Part shown: positions 18,129 through 28,386 of the stretch, one piece after another
Layout: each line of letters begins with the position of its first letter
How positions within the stretch are numbered: position 1 is the first letter of the stretch
Virus record (IMG/VR): IMGVR_UViG_3300040807_003706
Location: 1-55,712 of that record
Direction: 5' to 3' (one strand)
Source: a virus
Taxonomy: Duplodnaviria; Caudoviricetes
Length of the DNA stretch: 55,712 bases
Position numbers and translations under genes: made by a program
The notes under the pieces: model-generated
Databases searched by the model: none
Told to the model about the DNA's origin: nothing
The model's input: the letters and a program-made list of their open reading frames with translations, nothing else

Positions 18129-21100
18129 TTAACGCTGGTTGTAAATAATGCCGCCAGGACGACTTTCTTTGAGAATGACGCTACGAACGGCGCCTTCCAA
18201 TTCGCGGCCTAGGGATTGACCTCCAGAGCCGTTAATTTGAGACGACGCTTGGCCATTGTTGACATTGACAACAATGTTAGTGGAGATGTTATTGCCAGCG
18301 CCGCCGCCAAGATCGACAGGGATTTTACGTCCGTCAGGCAGTGGCACAACGGCTTCGTTGAAACGACCTTCTCCGACAAGGCCAAGGGTGGGGCCTTTCA
18401 CCACTCCGCCGTTAGCAAAAGGAGTGAAACCACCTTCCCATACAGCGCCGTTTGCAGCAGTCAAGGCTACAGACCCTGGGAGAGGCGGTTTGGCGCCACC
18501 ACCACCTCCTCCTGTTAAGCCAGGCAGGAACATGCCAATGATTTGCACTGCAGCCCACTTGGCCAGTATTTGAGCAACCATATCGGCAAACATGCTTGCC
18601 ACGCTTCGAAAGGCATTCCCCAGCCCCTCTTGCCATGTTTGAGCACCAGTGGCGATGTCGGTAAATGCCTTGCCGAAAGCATCTCCAATGCCATTGGCCG
18701 CCGTGACAACCATGTTGGCTACGTTGGCTAATTTACCTAAGTCCTTTTCGGCTTGCTCGTAACCTTCGGAAATGATCACGCCAAACGGCTTCGGCCCCTG
18801 TGCCTCCGTTGCAGAAGCCTCGGTTTGCGCCTGCTGCCCAGGAAGAGCATCCCTCCCTTCGATGCGAAGACCAAGCTGTTTCTCCATTTCCCTGGTTATC
18901 GCTTGCAAATGAGCAAGACGCTCTTGTTCTGTTCTCGTTAAATCCTCTTTTGCCTGCAATTCGGCAATCGTAAGCTTTTGTTGATCAATACTCGTTTTCA
19001 ACTGCTCAATTTGAGCGTCGAGAGATTTCTTCTCTTCAGCAAAACGCTTCGCTATTTCTACCTTTAGCTTCGCAACGGCAGGCGTCACCCCGTTTAGAAC
19101 AAGGTCGTAATACTGTTTCACATAGGAAGTCTCTTCTTCCTGCGAAGCCACAATATCCTTAAGTTTCTTCTTGGTTTCTTCGTATTGAGTGTTTAAGTCA
19201 AGTTGCAACTGTAGCTGGCTACTGAGGATCGCCTCTTGACGCTGAAATTGCAGCTCGGCAAGTTTCGCCTTTTTCTCCTCCATTGGAATATTTTCCAGGA
19301 GTACCTGCTTGCCCTGATTCTCAAGTTCAGTGAGCTGCTTGAGCAGCTCAAGCTCAGACACTAAAATCTCATTGCCATTAATTCTTGCTGTTGCAATCTG
19401 CTTGTTAATTTCAAACAGTTTCTTTGCAAGTTCCAAGCGCAATTGGAGCTGTGGCAACTGGCTTTCACGCTCTTTCTTGGCCTTAGCTTTACCACCTTTG
19501 CCATCGCTTGTTGCGCCCAAATCAAGACCAGCACCAGGTCCGCCATATGTGAAGTCGTCCACCTTGGCTGGAGCTTGAGCATCAAGGGCGGCCTGGCCGC
19601 CCATGGCCTCAAATTGCCTCTGCAGTTGCTGCCTTCTCAACTCAAGGCTGTCAGTAGCCGCACCGCGACGTTTTCCGCTCGCTGCTCCACTTGCAATCTT
19701 TGCATTTACCTTGTCCAAGTCGCGCTTAACCTCGGCAACCGACATCATGCCAAGGAGTCTTCTCACCTCTCTAAATGCTGCACTAAAAGCTTTAATAATT
19801 GCAGAAGACACCTTTACAGCGACAGAAACCATGGTGCCGATAATACGAGCAAAGCCCGTAACTAGAACCCCCCAGTCACGCAAATATTCCGAAACAAACT
19901 GCTTGTTCTCATTCACCCAACTGGTGAATCCCTGGATTGTCTCGGTGAAGAAGTCTTGGAAGACAGCACCAGCAGGGCCAAGAGCAGAGCCAACGGCGAT
20001 TTGCATATCAGCCATCGCCTTCTCAAGGCGGCGCCCTGCAAATTCAGGGCCAGTGGCTAATCTTTCAGCAAACTTACCATAGTCTTCGTAGTTCTCCTTG
20101 GCGAACGTAACGAATTCCTTGATGCCAACTTCACCATTCTTGAGAGCATCTTGCAGCTCATCAAAGCTCATCTTGTTCGCTTGCGCGAACTTAATCACGG
20201 CGCCAGGGAAGCGCTCACCTAACTGGCCACGAAGTTCTTCCGCTTGAACACTGCCCTTGCTGAAGATTTGAACGATCGCACGCATGGCGCCGTCCACGTC
20301 TTCCAAAGAGCCCCCGACAGAAGACACCGCCAATACGGTGCCTTCCAAAATCTGCTGCGTATCTTGGACGGACAGTCCATATTGCTTTGTATTCACTCGC
20401 AGTTGAGTGAACTGGCGATACACCTGCTCCATAGGGACGACAAGTGTATTGCTGCTATCGGCAATGGCCTTTTGCGACTCAGCAAAATCCTTTGCATCGA
20501 TGGAGGCAAGGGCTAGGCCTCTTTGGAGCTGAGCAATGGTCGCAGCGCTCTTGGCGGCGCTGGAAATCATGCCGCTCATGTTGTCTACAGCCTGGCCAAT
20601 AGCAGCCCCTGCAAAAGCCCCAGCAGGGCCTCCCATGAGGCCGCCAGCAATGCCGCCTACAGCACTACCAACGCCGCCGCCAAGGCCTCCTCCGTAAAGG
20701 AATGCGCCACCAGCAGCACCAAGGCGTTGACCCCTGGTTAGTGGACGCCTAGTTTGCTTCGCAATGCCCCTTTCGGCTTCACGAATTTGTTTATTAAGCT
20801 CCCTCCATTCTTCGGTGTCGGGACTAATTTCTCTTGCCCTGTTTCTAAGAATGGTCAGCTTCGCTTCAAGCTGATTCAAACTGCCAGGAGTGAATGCTCC
20901 AAGCTGATTACTTAACTGAACGCTTTCAGCAAGTCTGCTCGTAGATTGGAGCTGGCCATTTAACTTGCCAATTTGCCCCTGAAGGTTGATCCACGCTTCA
21001 GTGTTAGGCGCAAGCTGCGAAGCTTCAATACTCGCAGCTTCAATTTGCTTGCGCAGTTGAACGAAACTACCAGCATCAAATGCACCTGCCTGCGCACCCA

Positions 21101-21407
21101 ATTGAATGGCGCGAGCTTGCATGCCACCACGCTCGCGCATGCCTTGCGCAACGCCCAAGCCAGTGGCTGTTTCCTGGAATCGCCTGCTTCCAATTCTTAA
21201 GCCAGACAATCGCCGCTCTATGGCGGCGATTTGCTTGTCAAGAGTTCTAAACGTGGCATCAAAACTGGTCCTCAAAGAGCCAGTGTCAATATCAATCTTG
21301 ATCTTCTTGCCATTGCGAGCAACATCTGCAATGGCCTTATTAACCTTCTCTAGCTCGCGAGCAATTGCGTTCGCGTTCGTAGAGAAATTAATCGTATAGC
21401 GTGCCAT
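18129..21407 (-). CDS. Tape measure protein
   Basis: 1092 aa; QIFSKGSVQAEELRGQLGER tape-measure motif; C-terminal FANGGVV..PT...GE..EAVVPL and ESRPGG. Confidence 0.92.
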   Translation of the reverse strand: MARYTINFSTNANAIARELEKVNKAIADVARNGKKIKIDIDTGSLRTSFDATFRTLDKQIAAIERRLSGLRIGSRRFQETATGLGVAQGMRERGGMQARAIQLGAQAGAFDAGSFVQLRKQIEAASIEASQLAPNTEAWINLQGQIGKLNGQLQSTSRLAESVQLSNQLGAFTPGSLNQLEAKLTILRNRAREISPDTEEWRELNKQIREAERGIAKQTRRPLTRGQRLGAAGGAFLYGGGLGGGVGSAVGGIAGGLMGGPAGAFAGAAIGQAVDNMSGMISSAAKSAATIAQLQRGLALASIDAKDFAESQKAIADSSNTLVVPMEQVYRQFTQLRVNTKQYGLSVQDTQQILEGTVLAVSSVGGSLEDVDGAMRAIVQIFSKGSVQAEELRGQLGERFPGAVIKFAQANKMSFDELQDALKNGEVGIKEFVTFAKENYEDYGKFAERLATGPEFAGRRLEKAMADMQIAVGSALGPAGAVFQDFFTETIQGFTSWVNENKQFVSEYLRDWGVLVTGFARIIGTMVSVAVKVSSAIIKAFSAAFREVRRLLGMMSVAEVKRDLDKVNAKIASGAASGKRRGAATDSLELRRQQLQRQFEAMGGQAALDAQAPAKVDDFTYGGPGAGLDLGATSDGKGGKAKAKKERESQLPQLQLRLELAKKLFEINKQIATARINGNEILVSELELLKQLTELENQGKQVLLENIPMEEKKAKLAELQFQRQEAILSSQLQLQLDLNTQYEETKKKLKDIVASQEEETSYVKQYYDLVLNGVTPAVAKLKVEIAKRFAEEKKSLDAQIEQLKTSIDQQKLTIAELQAKEDLTRTEQERLAHLQAITREMEKQLGLRIEGRDALPGQQAQTEASATEAQGPKPFGVIISEGYEQAEKDLGKLANVANMVVTAANGIGDAFGKAFTDIATGAQTWQEGLGNAFRSVASMFADMVAQILAKWAAVQIIGMFLPGLTGGGGGGAKPPLPGSVALTAANGAVWEGGFTPFANGGVVKGPTLGLVGEGRFNEAVVPLPDGRKIPVDLGGGAGNNISTNIVVNVNNGQASSQINGSGGQSLGRELEGAVRSVILKESRPGGIIYNQR

Positions 21408-21928
21408 TATTTAGTCTCCTTCTTAAATACAGTGTCGATCACTTCAAAAAGATCTTCGATGGTCTCCTCCGTCCACGGTCTCGCTGGATTGCGAGCACCA
21501 GACCCCCTGGCAACATAGCCATCATGCACCCCTCCTGCATGAGGCGCAGTCCATTCAAATTCTGTAACCGAAGAATTCACGTCATCTCTTCGTTTACTGT
21601 TTAACAATGTAGATGTATCAACAATGTCGCGAGGCTCAGTCACCCTTTGACCGTTCTTCCTGCGCGTTTCGAAATCAGGCCCTTTCCAGCCCCATTTCTC
21701 CAATGTGATTTGCTGATCAAAATCATTGTCAGCCCAGTCCATCGACAGGCTAAACGTGCGCTGGCAAACGCCGCGCAGTTTGACGTTGCGATTCACTTCC
21801 TCCTCTCGCAATTTGACGCCAACCAATTTTTTCGCACCCTTGATCGTGCGTTCCAGTGCGTCTAAAGCTCTACCAATAACATTGTCAGCTTGAAACGCAC
21901 TGCTCTCAAAACGGACTTGGTACGTCAC
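21407..21928 (-). CDS. Putative neck/tail-completion protein (HK97 gp10-like)
   Basis: RDIVDT..L.NS, HAGGVHDG and PARPW motifs. Confidence 0.5.
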   Translation of the reverse strand: MTYQVRFESSAFQADNVIGRALDALERTIKGAKKLVGVKLREEEVNRNVKLRGVCQRTFSLSMDWADNDFDQQITLEKWGWKGPDFETRRKNGQRVTEPRDIVDTSTLLNSKRRDDVNSSVTEFEWTAPHAGGVHDGYVARGSGARNPARPWTEETIEDLFEVIDTVFKKETK

Positions 21929-21969
21929 AACTACAATGCGCCGACTATATGCTGTTGATAATCTAGCAT

Positions 21970-22379
21970 TTACGCCAATTCACTACCAAGCATTGCAACA
22001 ATAGCGGCGGGAAGTTTTTGCTCTCTAAGCGCCCATTTCAACGCTTCCCTCGTGCTTTCCGTAATTACTGATTCATCGTCTTCCAGCTCGTAGGGCAAGA
22101 AGTCGGTAATTTTTGCCTTGTTGCTCTTTCCACCAAGGGCAGATGCAACCATGACACCAAGCTTTGCCGTGGACACGCTACTTGCGTTCATCCGCATCTT
22201 GGTGATCTTTGCATTGCTCTCTAGTACGTCTGAAATCAAACGCACAGGCAGTCTTGCAAAGTTTTCCGCGTGAAATATTGGGTCTGGTAAATTTAACGCG
22301 GCTAGTTGACAATACAACAACGTCCAATCCGTCAAGCCTTCAAGGGCCTTTTCGGCTCCTTCAACTAGCCGAGTAATTA
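21970..22379 (-). CDS. Tail assembly chaperone, frameshifted (T) segment
   Basis: The -1 frame from the slippery site reads LITRLVEGAEKALEGLTDWTLLYCQ, continuous with ORF 21970..22335. Confidence 0.75.
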
Positions 22380-22907
22380 GTTTTTTTCAGGATTCTCCCC
22401 GTCCTCCGCCTGTTTCTCTTCTTCCTTTTGATCGCCCACCTCTTCCATCATCATGAAAGCCTCTACTAGCTCAATAGTTAACTTTGGCAGCATCTTGGTG
22501 TCTTCATCGGTCCAATCAGACGTGGGCTCCCACTTCTTGCCCTGAAGCACCTCGCCCCTGTTCCTGAAGAACATCGTCACAAGCTGTTCCGTCTGACTCC
22601 GATTGGACGGCATGCTCTCCATCAAAGCGGCGGCTTCATTGGCGTAGCTGCCAACAAATTCGTCGTCAAACATGGCGCTGCTTTGAAGCATCTCAAATGC
22701 TTCGCCTTCACTGATGCCCTTTTCCCTTGCAATCTTCTTCGCAAGGTCAACAGCTTTCAATGTGAAGAGCGCTCGCTTCTGGGATTGCTCTTCCCTCAGC
22801 CACGCCTCCTCCGCAAGCCAACTACCATACTTCCGTAGACGCAACTTATCGCCAAGCTTCTCGTACTCTGGGCTGCTGAGAAGAAAAAACGAGGAATATT
22901 TACTCAT
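22377..22907 (-). CDS. Tail assembly chaperone (G)
   Basis: Between tail tube and tape measure; ends GAA AAA AAC TAA. Confidence 0.75.
   Translation of the reverse strand: MSKYSSFFLLSSPEYEKLGDKLRLRKYGSWLAEEAWLREEQSQKRALFTLKAVDLAKKIAREKGISEGEAFEMLQSSAMFDDEFVGSYANEAAALMESMPSNRSQTEQLVTMFFRNRGEVLQGKKWEPTSDWTDEDTKMLPKLTIELVEAFMMMEEVGDQKEEEKQAEDGENPEKN
22380..22386 (-). other. Programmed -1 frameshift slippery site A AAA AAC
   Basis: X XXY YYZ heptamer immediately before the G stop codon; the -1 frame is open for about 135 codons. Confidence 0.8.
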
Positions 22908-23136
22908 GGGGGGCGCTAATAAGCAGAGAGAGTCTAGCGTTCGTCACCTTTACTGGCACAGGGCTGTTTACAACCTTTAATGGCACAACAACGCGGCACT
23001 CTTCTCCGCAAAGCTCCACTTCAATGCTCTCTCCACAGCCAGGCAAGAAGCATGCCAATCCAGCGGCAATTTCATCATTCCGCTTGGTTGCATCAAACAA
23101 CCAAGCTTTCTCACATTTACTTTTGACCAGCTTCAT
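22900..23136 (-). CDS. Hypothetical protein
   Basis: ORF track; overlapping neighbours in the operon. Confidence 0.55.
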   Translation of the reverse strand: MKLVKSKCEKAWLFDATKRNDEIAAGLACFLPGCGESIEVELCGEECRVVVPLKVVNSPVPVKVTNARLSLLISAPHE

Positions 23137-23537
23137 TCAGCAGGCATGTATTGAGTGAGCGTCTCAACGTCAGGGATCAGCACGCGATACTGCTCGTAGG
23201 CAATGTCACTGTACTCCTGATAACTGCTTCTGGCATCTGGAAAATGCCTCAACAGACGCAAGATGGCCTCTTCCAGGTTCTTAGAGCTAGTTGTGTAATT
23301 GACCAGCACCACTTCCCAAGTCTTGTTGAGCTGCACCGTACCCACCAGTGCGCGAGATGTTTGCCTTGGATACTGACGGATGGTCACCTCCAGTCCAGTG
23401 GCCTTCCAGCCCTTGGGCACGCCATGCTCTCCAGTGACATACAAAGCTGGCTGTTGCATATTGTTTGGCAATGTATAAGTGCCAATCAATTCAGACAGCA
23501 GTTGAGAAACCGTGTCGCGCAGTTGGATGATGTTCAT
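23133..23537 (-). CDS. Putative tail terminator/completion protein
   Basis: Size and position next to the tail tube gene. Confidence 0.45.
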   Translation of the reverse strand: MNIIQLRDTVSQLLSELIGTYTLPNNMQQPALYVTGEHGVPKGWKATGLEVTIRQYPRQTSRALVGTVQLNKTWEVVLVNYTTSSKNLEEAILRLLRHFPDARSSYQEYSDIAYEQYRVLIPDVETLTQYMPAE

Positions 23538-23548
23538 TACATTAAAAT

Positions 23549-23567
23549 AGCCCCCTTTCGGGGGCTG
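23549..23567 (-). terminator. Terminator after the tail tube gene
   Basis: AGCCCCC-TTTCG-GGGGCT hairpin followed by ATTTT on the minus strand. Confidence 0.65.
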
Positions 23568-23588
23568 TAGCGTTCACTAAGCCTAGGC

Positions 23589-24167
23589 TCAGGAGTTGGG
23601 ACTGGTCGGGATGAGCGCACCAGAGATGGTGCAACGGCCAGCACCGTAGGTGCCACGGCTCATTAGATCGAAAGTGGTCTCAACGAGGTTGTCAGCAGGA
23701 TAGCTCTCGTTGTAGTTCATCACGGTTGCTGCGAAGCAGGTGAGGTCGTATGTTTGATCGCCGAGGAACTTGAAGATCTCAACGTACAGCTCAAAGTCTT
23801 TTTCAGTACGACCGCGCAGCACCAGATCCATTGCCTCATCAAACTGAGTGGAATCAATCTGGCTGCCATCCAGATCTTTCTGGAAGTACGAAGTAATGGA
23901 AGCTTGGCAACGCTGGGTCACTTTCACGCCATCAGCAAAACCGCCATTACCAAGCAGGTAATATTCGGTTTCACCATCGTTGAAAGCAACGCTTGCATTT
24001 GTTACGCCGCCAAGGAAATACATGGCGGAGGGCACGCCCGATGTGGGGCGGCTAAGAGCGCCGGCAGTGGCGGGAGTAATAGCAGGGCGAGTGGCGCCAG
24101 AAAGAGCGCCCACATACACAATAGTGTCCTGGCTCTTAATGATCTGTGTGGGATGTTGAATGGCCAT
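23589..24167 (-). CDS. Major tail (tube) protein
   Basis: 192 aa, FAATVMNYNESYPADNLVETTFDL.SRG; followed by a terminator; no sheath gene in the operon. Confidence 0.75.
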   Translation of the reverse strand: MAIQHPTQIIKSQDTIVYVGALSGATRPAITPATAGALSRPTSGVPSAMYFLGGVTNASVAFNDGETEYYLLGNGGFADGVKVTQRCQASITSYFQKDLDGSQIDSTQFDEAMDLVLRGRTEKDFELYVEIFKFLGDQTYDLTCFAATVMNYNESYPADNLVETTFDLMSRGTYGAGRCTISGALIPTSPNS

Positions 24168-24190
24168 TGAAACAATGCGAAGGAGCGTGA

Positions 24191-24580
24191 TTAACGATTA
24201 AGAACACTTCCTGCTCCCACAACTCTAAAGTAGCCGTGGATTGGAGTGCCCAAAAACTGACGGTAGTGGTCAGTCATCTCGGTCGTAGGGAGTAATTCAA
24301 AACGCCCCTCCTGATTTTCAATGGTGGCCGCAGCCACACTTCCAGGGGGCACTCCCGAAAACGCTAGTGGGCTAACGATTCTGCCTTTCATATAGATGGC
24401 ACTTTCATCAGCCCCGAGTCGTTGATCGTATCGAGGATCCCTGCTCTGCTTCAAAGTGGCATAGTACGTTACATCTCCAGTGAGTTCAACGTAATTACCG
24501 GTGGTCGAGTCTGTTGCATATCCGCTCGCCACTGCAAACACCAGTGTGGCATTGGCTAGTGGCGGAGCAGGATTAGTCAT
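24191..24580 (-). CDS. Putative head-closure protein
   Basis: Position after the adaptor gene; beta-rich 129 aa. Confidence 0.5.
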   Translation of the reverse strand: MTNPAPPLANATLVFAVASGYATDSTTGNYVELTGDVTYYATLKQSRDPRYDQRLGADESAIYMKGRIVSPLAFSGVPPGSVAAATIENQEGRFELLPTTEMTDHYRQFLGTPIHGYFRVVGAGSVLNR

Positions 24581-24891
24581 TAGACAACGAAACCAAGCAG
24601 AGAGGATGATGCCGCTTCAGTGAGACGTTTGAATTCTTGCCCATACAATGTGGCATCGAGCCCCTTGCCATAAACCTTGCCATCTGTTGCGCCAATTTGA
24701 ACGCCCATTTGTGCAAGCTGAATAGCAATGATGTGAGCGGCTAGAAAACGTACTGCTCGGTCTGTCTGATCACCAAAGATGTCCGACGAAACGTCTGCAG
24801 AAGCGCTTTCAATGGCCCCGTTCACAATGCCCGATGGATGAGGGCTGAACTCAGGGAAACGCTCTAGGAAACCAGCGTAAGTGACTGTCAT
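24580..24891 (-). CDS. Head-tail adaptor (DUF4054-like)
   Basis: F..RFPEF...LAAH...L.AT.YGQEF..L signature. Confidence 0.8.
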   Translation of the reverse strand: MTVTYAGFLERFPEFSPHPSGIVNGAIESASADVSSDIFGDQTDRAVRFLAAHIIAIQLAQMGVQIGATDGKVYGKGLDATLYGQEFKRLTEAASSSLLGFVV

Positions 24892-25274
24892 GCTTTTCCT
24901 ATGCGAATGGCTTCAAGACGACGGTTAATCGCATTGCGCACCCTCACGCGACCTTCAATCTTCTTCCAATCACCGAGTTTATCCTCGTCGTGAAGAAGTT
25001 CAATGGCCTGGATGGCTTGACTCAGAGGAAGCTGTGAAAGATTCTCGGCGGATTTGGGAATGGTCTCAATCTCCACGCGCTCTTTCATCTCCTCAATAGC
25101 CCCAATACGAAGAAGACTCTGCACCGTAGGGTTCAGTTTTGCTTCTTCCCATTGCTCATCAGGAATTTCCTGATTAAGGCCAGGAGCAAGGCTAATTACG
25201 CCTCGCTTGGTAATCACTCCGAAACTGGCTTCTCGCGGCGGGTTTTCAAGTTCGGGACGGTAAGCGATAAGCAT
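24888..25274 (-). CDS. Hypothetical head-associated protein
   Basis: ORF directly after the capsid gene; start at ATG 25274 (MLIAYRPE). Confidence 0.6.
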   Translation of the reverse strand: MLIAYRPELENPPREASFGVITKRGVISLAPGLNQEIPDEQWEEAKLNPTVQSLLRIGAIEEMKERVEIETIPKSAENLSQLPLSQAIQAIELLHDEDKLGDWKKIEGRVRVRNAINRRLEAIRIGKA

Positions 25275-25338
25275 TTGTTGAATTAACAAACCTGATTAGC
25301 TTAACCGTCCTTTCTTGACAAACTACCTAAAGATTTCC

Positions 25339-26253
25339 TCAGGGAGCTTGAACGTAAATGACACTCTTGGGATAGTACAGAGTGATGCCACCCACGCGAG
25401 CATGGGCAGGAACGATGAATTCCAGACCGCGCTGCTGAGGGGGGAACAGCTCAAGGGGCTGAGGAATGTGCAGTTGCACTTTGCCCGGATCACGCTTGTA
25501 CACAACCATCCGGTTCTTGCTGAGAGCGCTCTTGTCAGCATCAAGCTGGTTAATCGGCTCAACGTTACGGATGAAAGGATTGGTGCGCAGGAAATATTCC
25601 AGCACAGTCACGTCCGAAGAATCGGAGTTACGAGTGGTGGAAACAATGTTGTAATCTTCCCACGACATCAGAATGGTGTCGGGCTGCTCCTTCATGTTGG
25701 AGCCATTGATGATGGCAGTAACACCCTGGTTCAGCAGCTCCAGCATGTCCTGAGAAGTAGTACCAGTGGCGGTGACACCGGTGAACCACTTGTCAGCGGC
25801 CAACACGTCAACGGTGGAGTTGTTGAAGAAGCCGACGAGGTTAACGGAAGCCTCACCGAACATTGCAATCTCTTCAACCTTCTCTTCATAAGCACGACGC
25901 ACAGCGGCGGCGCGGCGCTGCTCCAGAGCCACGTTGGCCATTTGAGCGGCACGCAGTTCCTGTACGGTGTAACCGAAGGAACCACCGAACGAACGGATGT
26001 TGATGCTCCGCTCGATCTGGCTCACATCAGCACGCGGCAGATCATCTGCGGCGTCAGAGATGAGCTTGAAGTCACCAGTCGCATCCATGATGCGGTAGGT
26101 GAAGGTCTGGGCGCCAGGGCCAGCTTCGCTGGTTACAGGCAGGATTGTTGCGTATTTGATGTCGGCATACTCGACTTCAAACACTTGAGGGCGAATGTAC
26201 TCAAGCTGACGCTCAAGAAACAGGCTCGCCTCGTCCATACGAAATTCGCTCAT
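25339..26253 (-). CDS. Major capsid protein (DUF2184 family, HK97 fold)
   Basis: FLERQLEYI, ADDLPRAD, FGYTVQEL.AA, PDTIL and GG..LYYP motifs. Confidence 0.9.
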   Translation of the reverse strand: MSEFRMDEASLFLERQLEYIRPQVFEVEYADIKYATILPVTSEAGPGAQTFTYRIMDATGDFKLISDAADDLPRADVSQIERSINIRSFGGSFGYTVQELRAAQMANVALEQRRAAAVRRAYEEKVEEIAMFGEASVNLVGFFNNSTVDVLAADKWFTGVTATGTTSQDMLELLNQGVTAIINGSNMKEQPDTILMSWEDYNIVSTTRNSDSSDVTVLEYFLRTNPFIRNVEPINQLDADKSALSKNRMVVYKRDPGKVQLHIPQPLELFPPQQRGLEFIVPAHARVGGITLYYPKSVIYVQAP

Positions 26254-26265
26254 GGGGTCCTCCTA

Positions 26266-26835
26266 TCAGGAATCGACGGCAAGGGTGAAATCAGGGCCGT
26301 TCAGCTCCAGCAGAGCAATTCCAGCACCAGTAGTCTTCGACGCCCAACGGGCGCCAGTTAGACGGCGGGTCTTACCGCTCACAAAAGCATGAGAGAAGCG
26401 ACCAGGATGTGCGCCAGCAGTGGCGCCAGTGTTTGTGACGTAGTACACGCGCACAGGAGAGGTGAGATCGACGGCGCCAGTCACATAGACGGCAACAACG
26501 CCTTTGTTCACCACGTTTAGAGCCTGCTCATCAGAAGCAGCAGGACGACCATTGGCATCAACGTTGGCTTCCTCGATGTAGGTGAGAGCATTCACGCCCA
26601 CCACAGTGTCACCAGTAGCAGCAACGGTCTTGGCAGAATTACCAACGGAACCACCAGTGTTAACCACCAGCAGGTCACCGAAAGCGATGCCAGCGCCAGT
26701 TTCGTTCACGAAAGTGGCGACGTTATTATCAGCAATGTCAGCGAACTGGCCTTCCAGAGCAGCGGTCAGTTCCAGCGGGTAGCTGGACTGCACACCGCCG
26801 GCAGCACCTGCGCTGGGGGTAAAAACAACGGCCAT
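26266..26835 (-). CDS. Capsid decoration/cement protein
   Basis: IAFG..V, V..KGVVAV and GARW motifs; between protease/scaffold and capsid genes. Confidence 0.75.
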   Translation of the reverse strand: MAVVFTPSAGAAGGVQSSYPLELTAALEGQFADIADNNVATFVNETGAGIAFGDLLVVNTGGSVGNSAKTVAATGDTVVGVNALTYIEEANVDANGRPAASDEQALNVVNKGVVAVYVTGAVDLTSPVRVYYVTNTGATAGAHPGRFSHAFVSGKTRRLTGARWASKTTGAGIALLELNGPDFTLAVDS

Positions 26836-26838
26836 GGA

Positions 26839-28035
26839 TTACTTAGCCTCCTTGGAAATGGAGAGAGGGGATTTCCAAGCGTTCTGCAGTTTTTCCATAT
26901 AGGAAGAAGGAGCAGAAGCAGGAGTGGCAATAGAAGCAACTGCCTTACGCAGATCCTCAGTTGAATCAGCGCGATTGGCAGCATCTTCTGAAATGGTGTC
27001 AAACATTGCTTGAACGTAATCATCAGAACGTTCATCCAATGCAACAGAATCACCGCGAACTGCCTTGATGGCATCAACCATCACTTCACGGTCGCTCTTG
27101 CCGCTAAATTCATAGGCGGCATCCAGTACAGGCTTAGCTTGAGAAATAAGAGCCAGACGCTCTTCAACGATGGAATCCACGTTGATTTGCTTGGCTTCTT
27201 CCAGCTCAGCTTTCAAGGTTTCGACTTGCTCGGCCAGACCATCGGCCCGCCCTTCGGCGGAATCCATTTTGCCCTTCATTTCTTCAGCCATGCCGTCCAT
27301 TTCGGACTTCATAGCATCAGCAGCGGCCTGAAGCTCGTCGTACTTCTTTTTCATGTCCTCATAGGACATCTTGGCGTCATCGCGTTCTTTGGTGATCGCC
27401 AGAGCAACGCTCTCGCTCACCTCAAACTCGGCGCCGTCGAAAACGACTTTTGCGCTCATTGTTTGATTTTTCTCAATGGAAAGTAGAGAGGGGTCGGCGG
27501 CATCTTGGCGATCCAAATGCAACCTTACCTGCGGGCCGGCTCGGCCCCGACGAACGATAGCAACATGATTACCACTGATCTCCTTTTGGATGCCGTCGTA
27601 ATGCTCGCCGCTATCGGTAACGCCAGGCGTAGGATCATAATTAACCCTATAACCAGCGCTCACTTCGCGAACATCGCCGCGCATTACCTTATCAATAGTT
27701 TCGCCGTCAGTGACTGTCATGACGGCTTTTACAAAGCCATTGTCATAAACAATCTCAGAACCAGTAAAACCGATTTGGTAATCCTTGGTATTCTCGCTAT
27801 CCAAAAGGACAGGAGGATGTTCCATCGTGATGGCCTTCCCCGCAAAAGAGGCAAGGCTTTCTGGAGACGCCACTTCGGTATCAGGGCGGTATTCCCGCCT
27901 GATAGAACCATCAGCATCGGTGTAATGCTGAATGCCGGTACGTGCAATAGAAGCCCACACCCGAAGATAACCTTCAGGTGTCATTTCATATTTCTCGATA
28001 GGAGAAATGTCGTACCGACAAGATGTGGTGCTCAT
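26839..28035 (-). CDS. Prohead protease/scaffold (DUF2213)
   Basis: TPEGYL, ARTGIQ.Y, PIT.EHP-like, EVSAGY, NHVAIV.RGRAG motifs; acidic coiled-coil C-terminus. Confidence 0.9.
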   Translation of the reverse strand: MSTTSCRYDISPIEKYEMTPEGYLRVWASIARTGIQHYTDADGSIRREYRPDTEVASPESLASFAGKAITMEHPPVLLDSENTKDYQIGFTGSEIVYDNGFVKAVMTVTDGETIDKVMRGDVREVSAGYRVNYDPTPGVTDSGEHYDGIQKEISGNHVAIVRRGRAGPQVRLHLDRQDAADPSLLSIEKNQTMSAKVVFDGAEFEVSESVALAITKERDDAKMSYEDMKKKYDELQAAADAMKSEMDGMAEEMKGKMDSAEGRADGLAEQVETLKAELEEAKQINVDSIVEERLALISQAKPVLDAAYEFSGKSDREVMVDAIKAVRGDSVALDERSDDYVQAMFDTISEDAANRADSTEDLRKAVASIATPASAPSSYMEKLQNAWKSPLSISKEAK

Positions 28036-28095
28036 ACATATACTGTAAGGGCTTCATTTGCTTATTCTAGTAGATATTATGCTATTCTGCATAGA

Positions 28096-28386
28096 ATGAC
28101 GCAAAAAGAACTGCACGGGCGTAAAGTTAAAAGCCCTCTTTCTTCTTACAACGAAGCAAAAACCCTAATTGGTTCCCGAGTGCGGGAAGCTCGTCAAAGT
28201 TGCGGGCTCTCACAGCGAGCCCTAGCAGAACTTCTTTTTTGCGATCAGGCAACCATCTCTCGCATTGAAAGCGGCATTCTGGCTCCCGACGTGGCTCAAA
28301 TTAAAGTGATGAGCGGAGTGTTTCAGCTTAGTGTTCTTTGGTTAATGGGCTATCCGTCCTTCGTTGTTCATGCAACGAAGGACTAA
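28096..28386 (+). CDS. XRE-family HTH transcriptional regulator
   Basis: IGSRVREARQSCGLSQRALAELL...QATISRIESG...P; real start ATG 28096 within track ORF 27505..28386. Confidence 0.8.
   Translation: MTQKELHGRKVKSPLSSYNEAKTLIGSRVREARQSCGLSQRALAELLFCDQATISRIESGILAPDVAQIKVMSGVFQLSVLWLMGYPSFVVHATKD

Noticed and set aside
25315-26361. 348-aa plus-strand ORF
   Set aside because: Antisense shadow of the major capsid gene
27505-28095. N-terminal 197 aa of the 293-aa HTH ORF
   Set aside because: Antisense to the DUF2213 gene; the HTH protein starts at 28096
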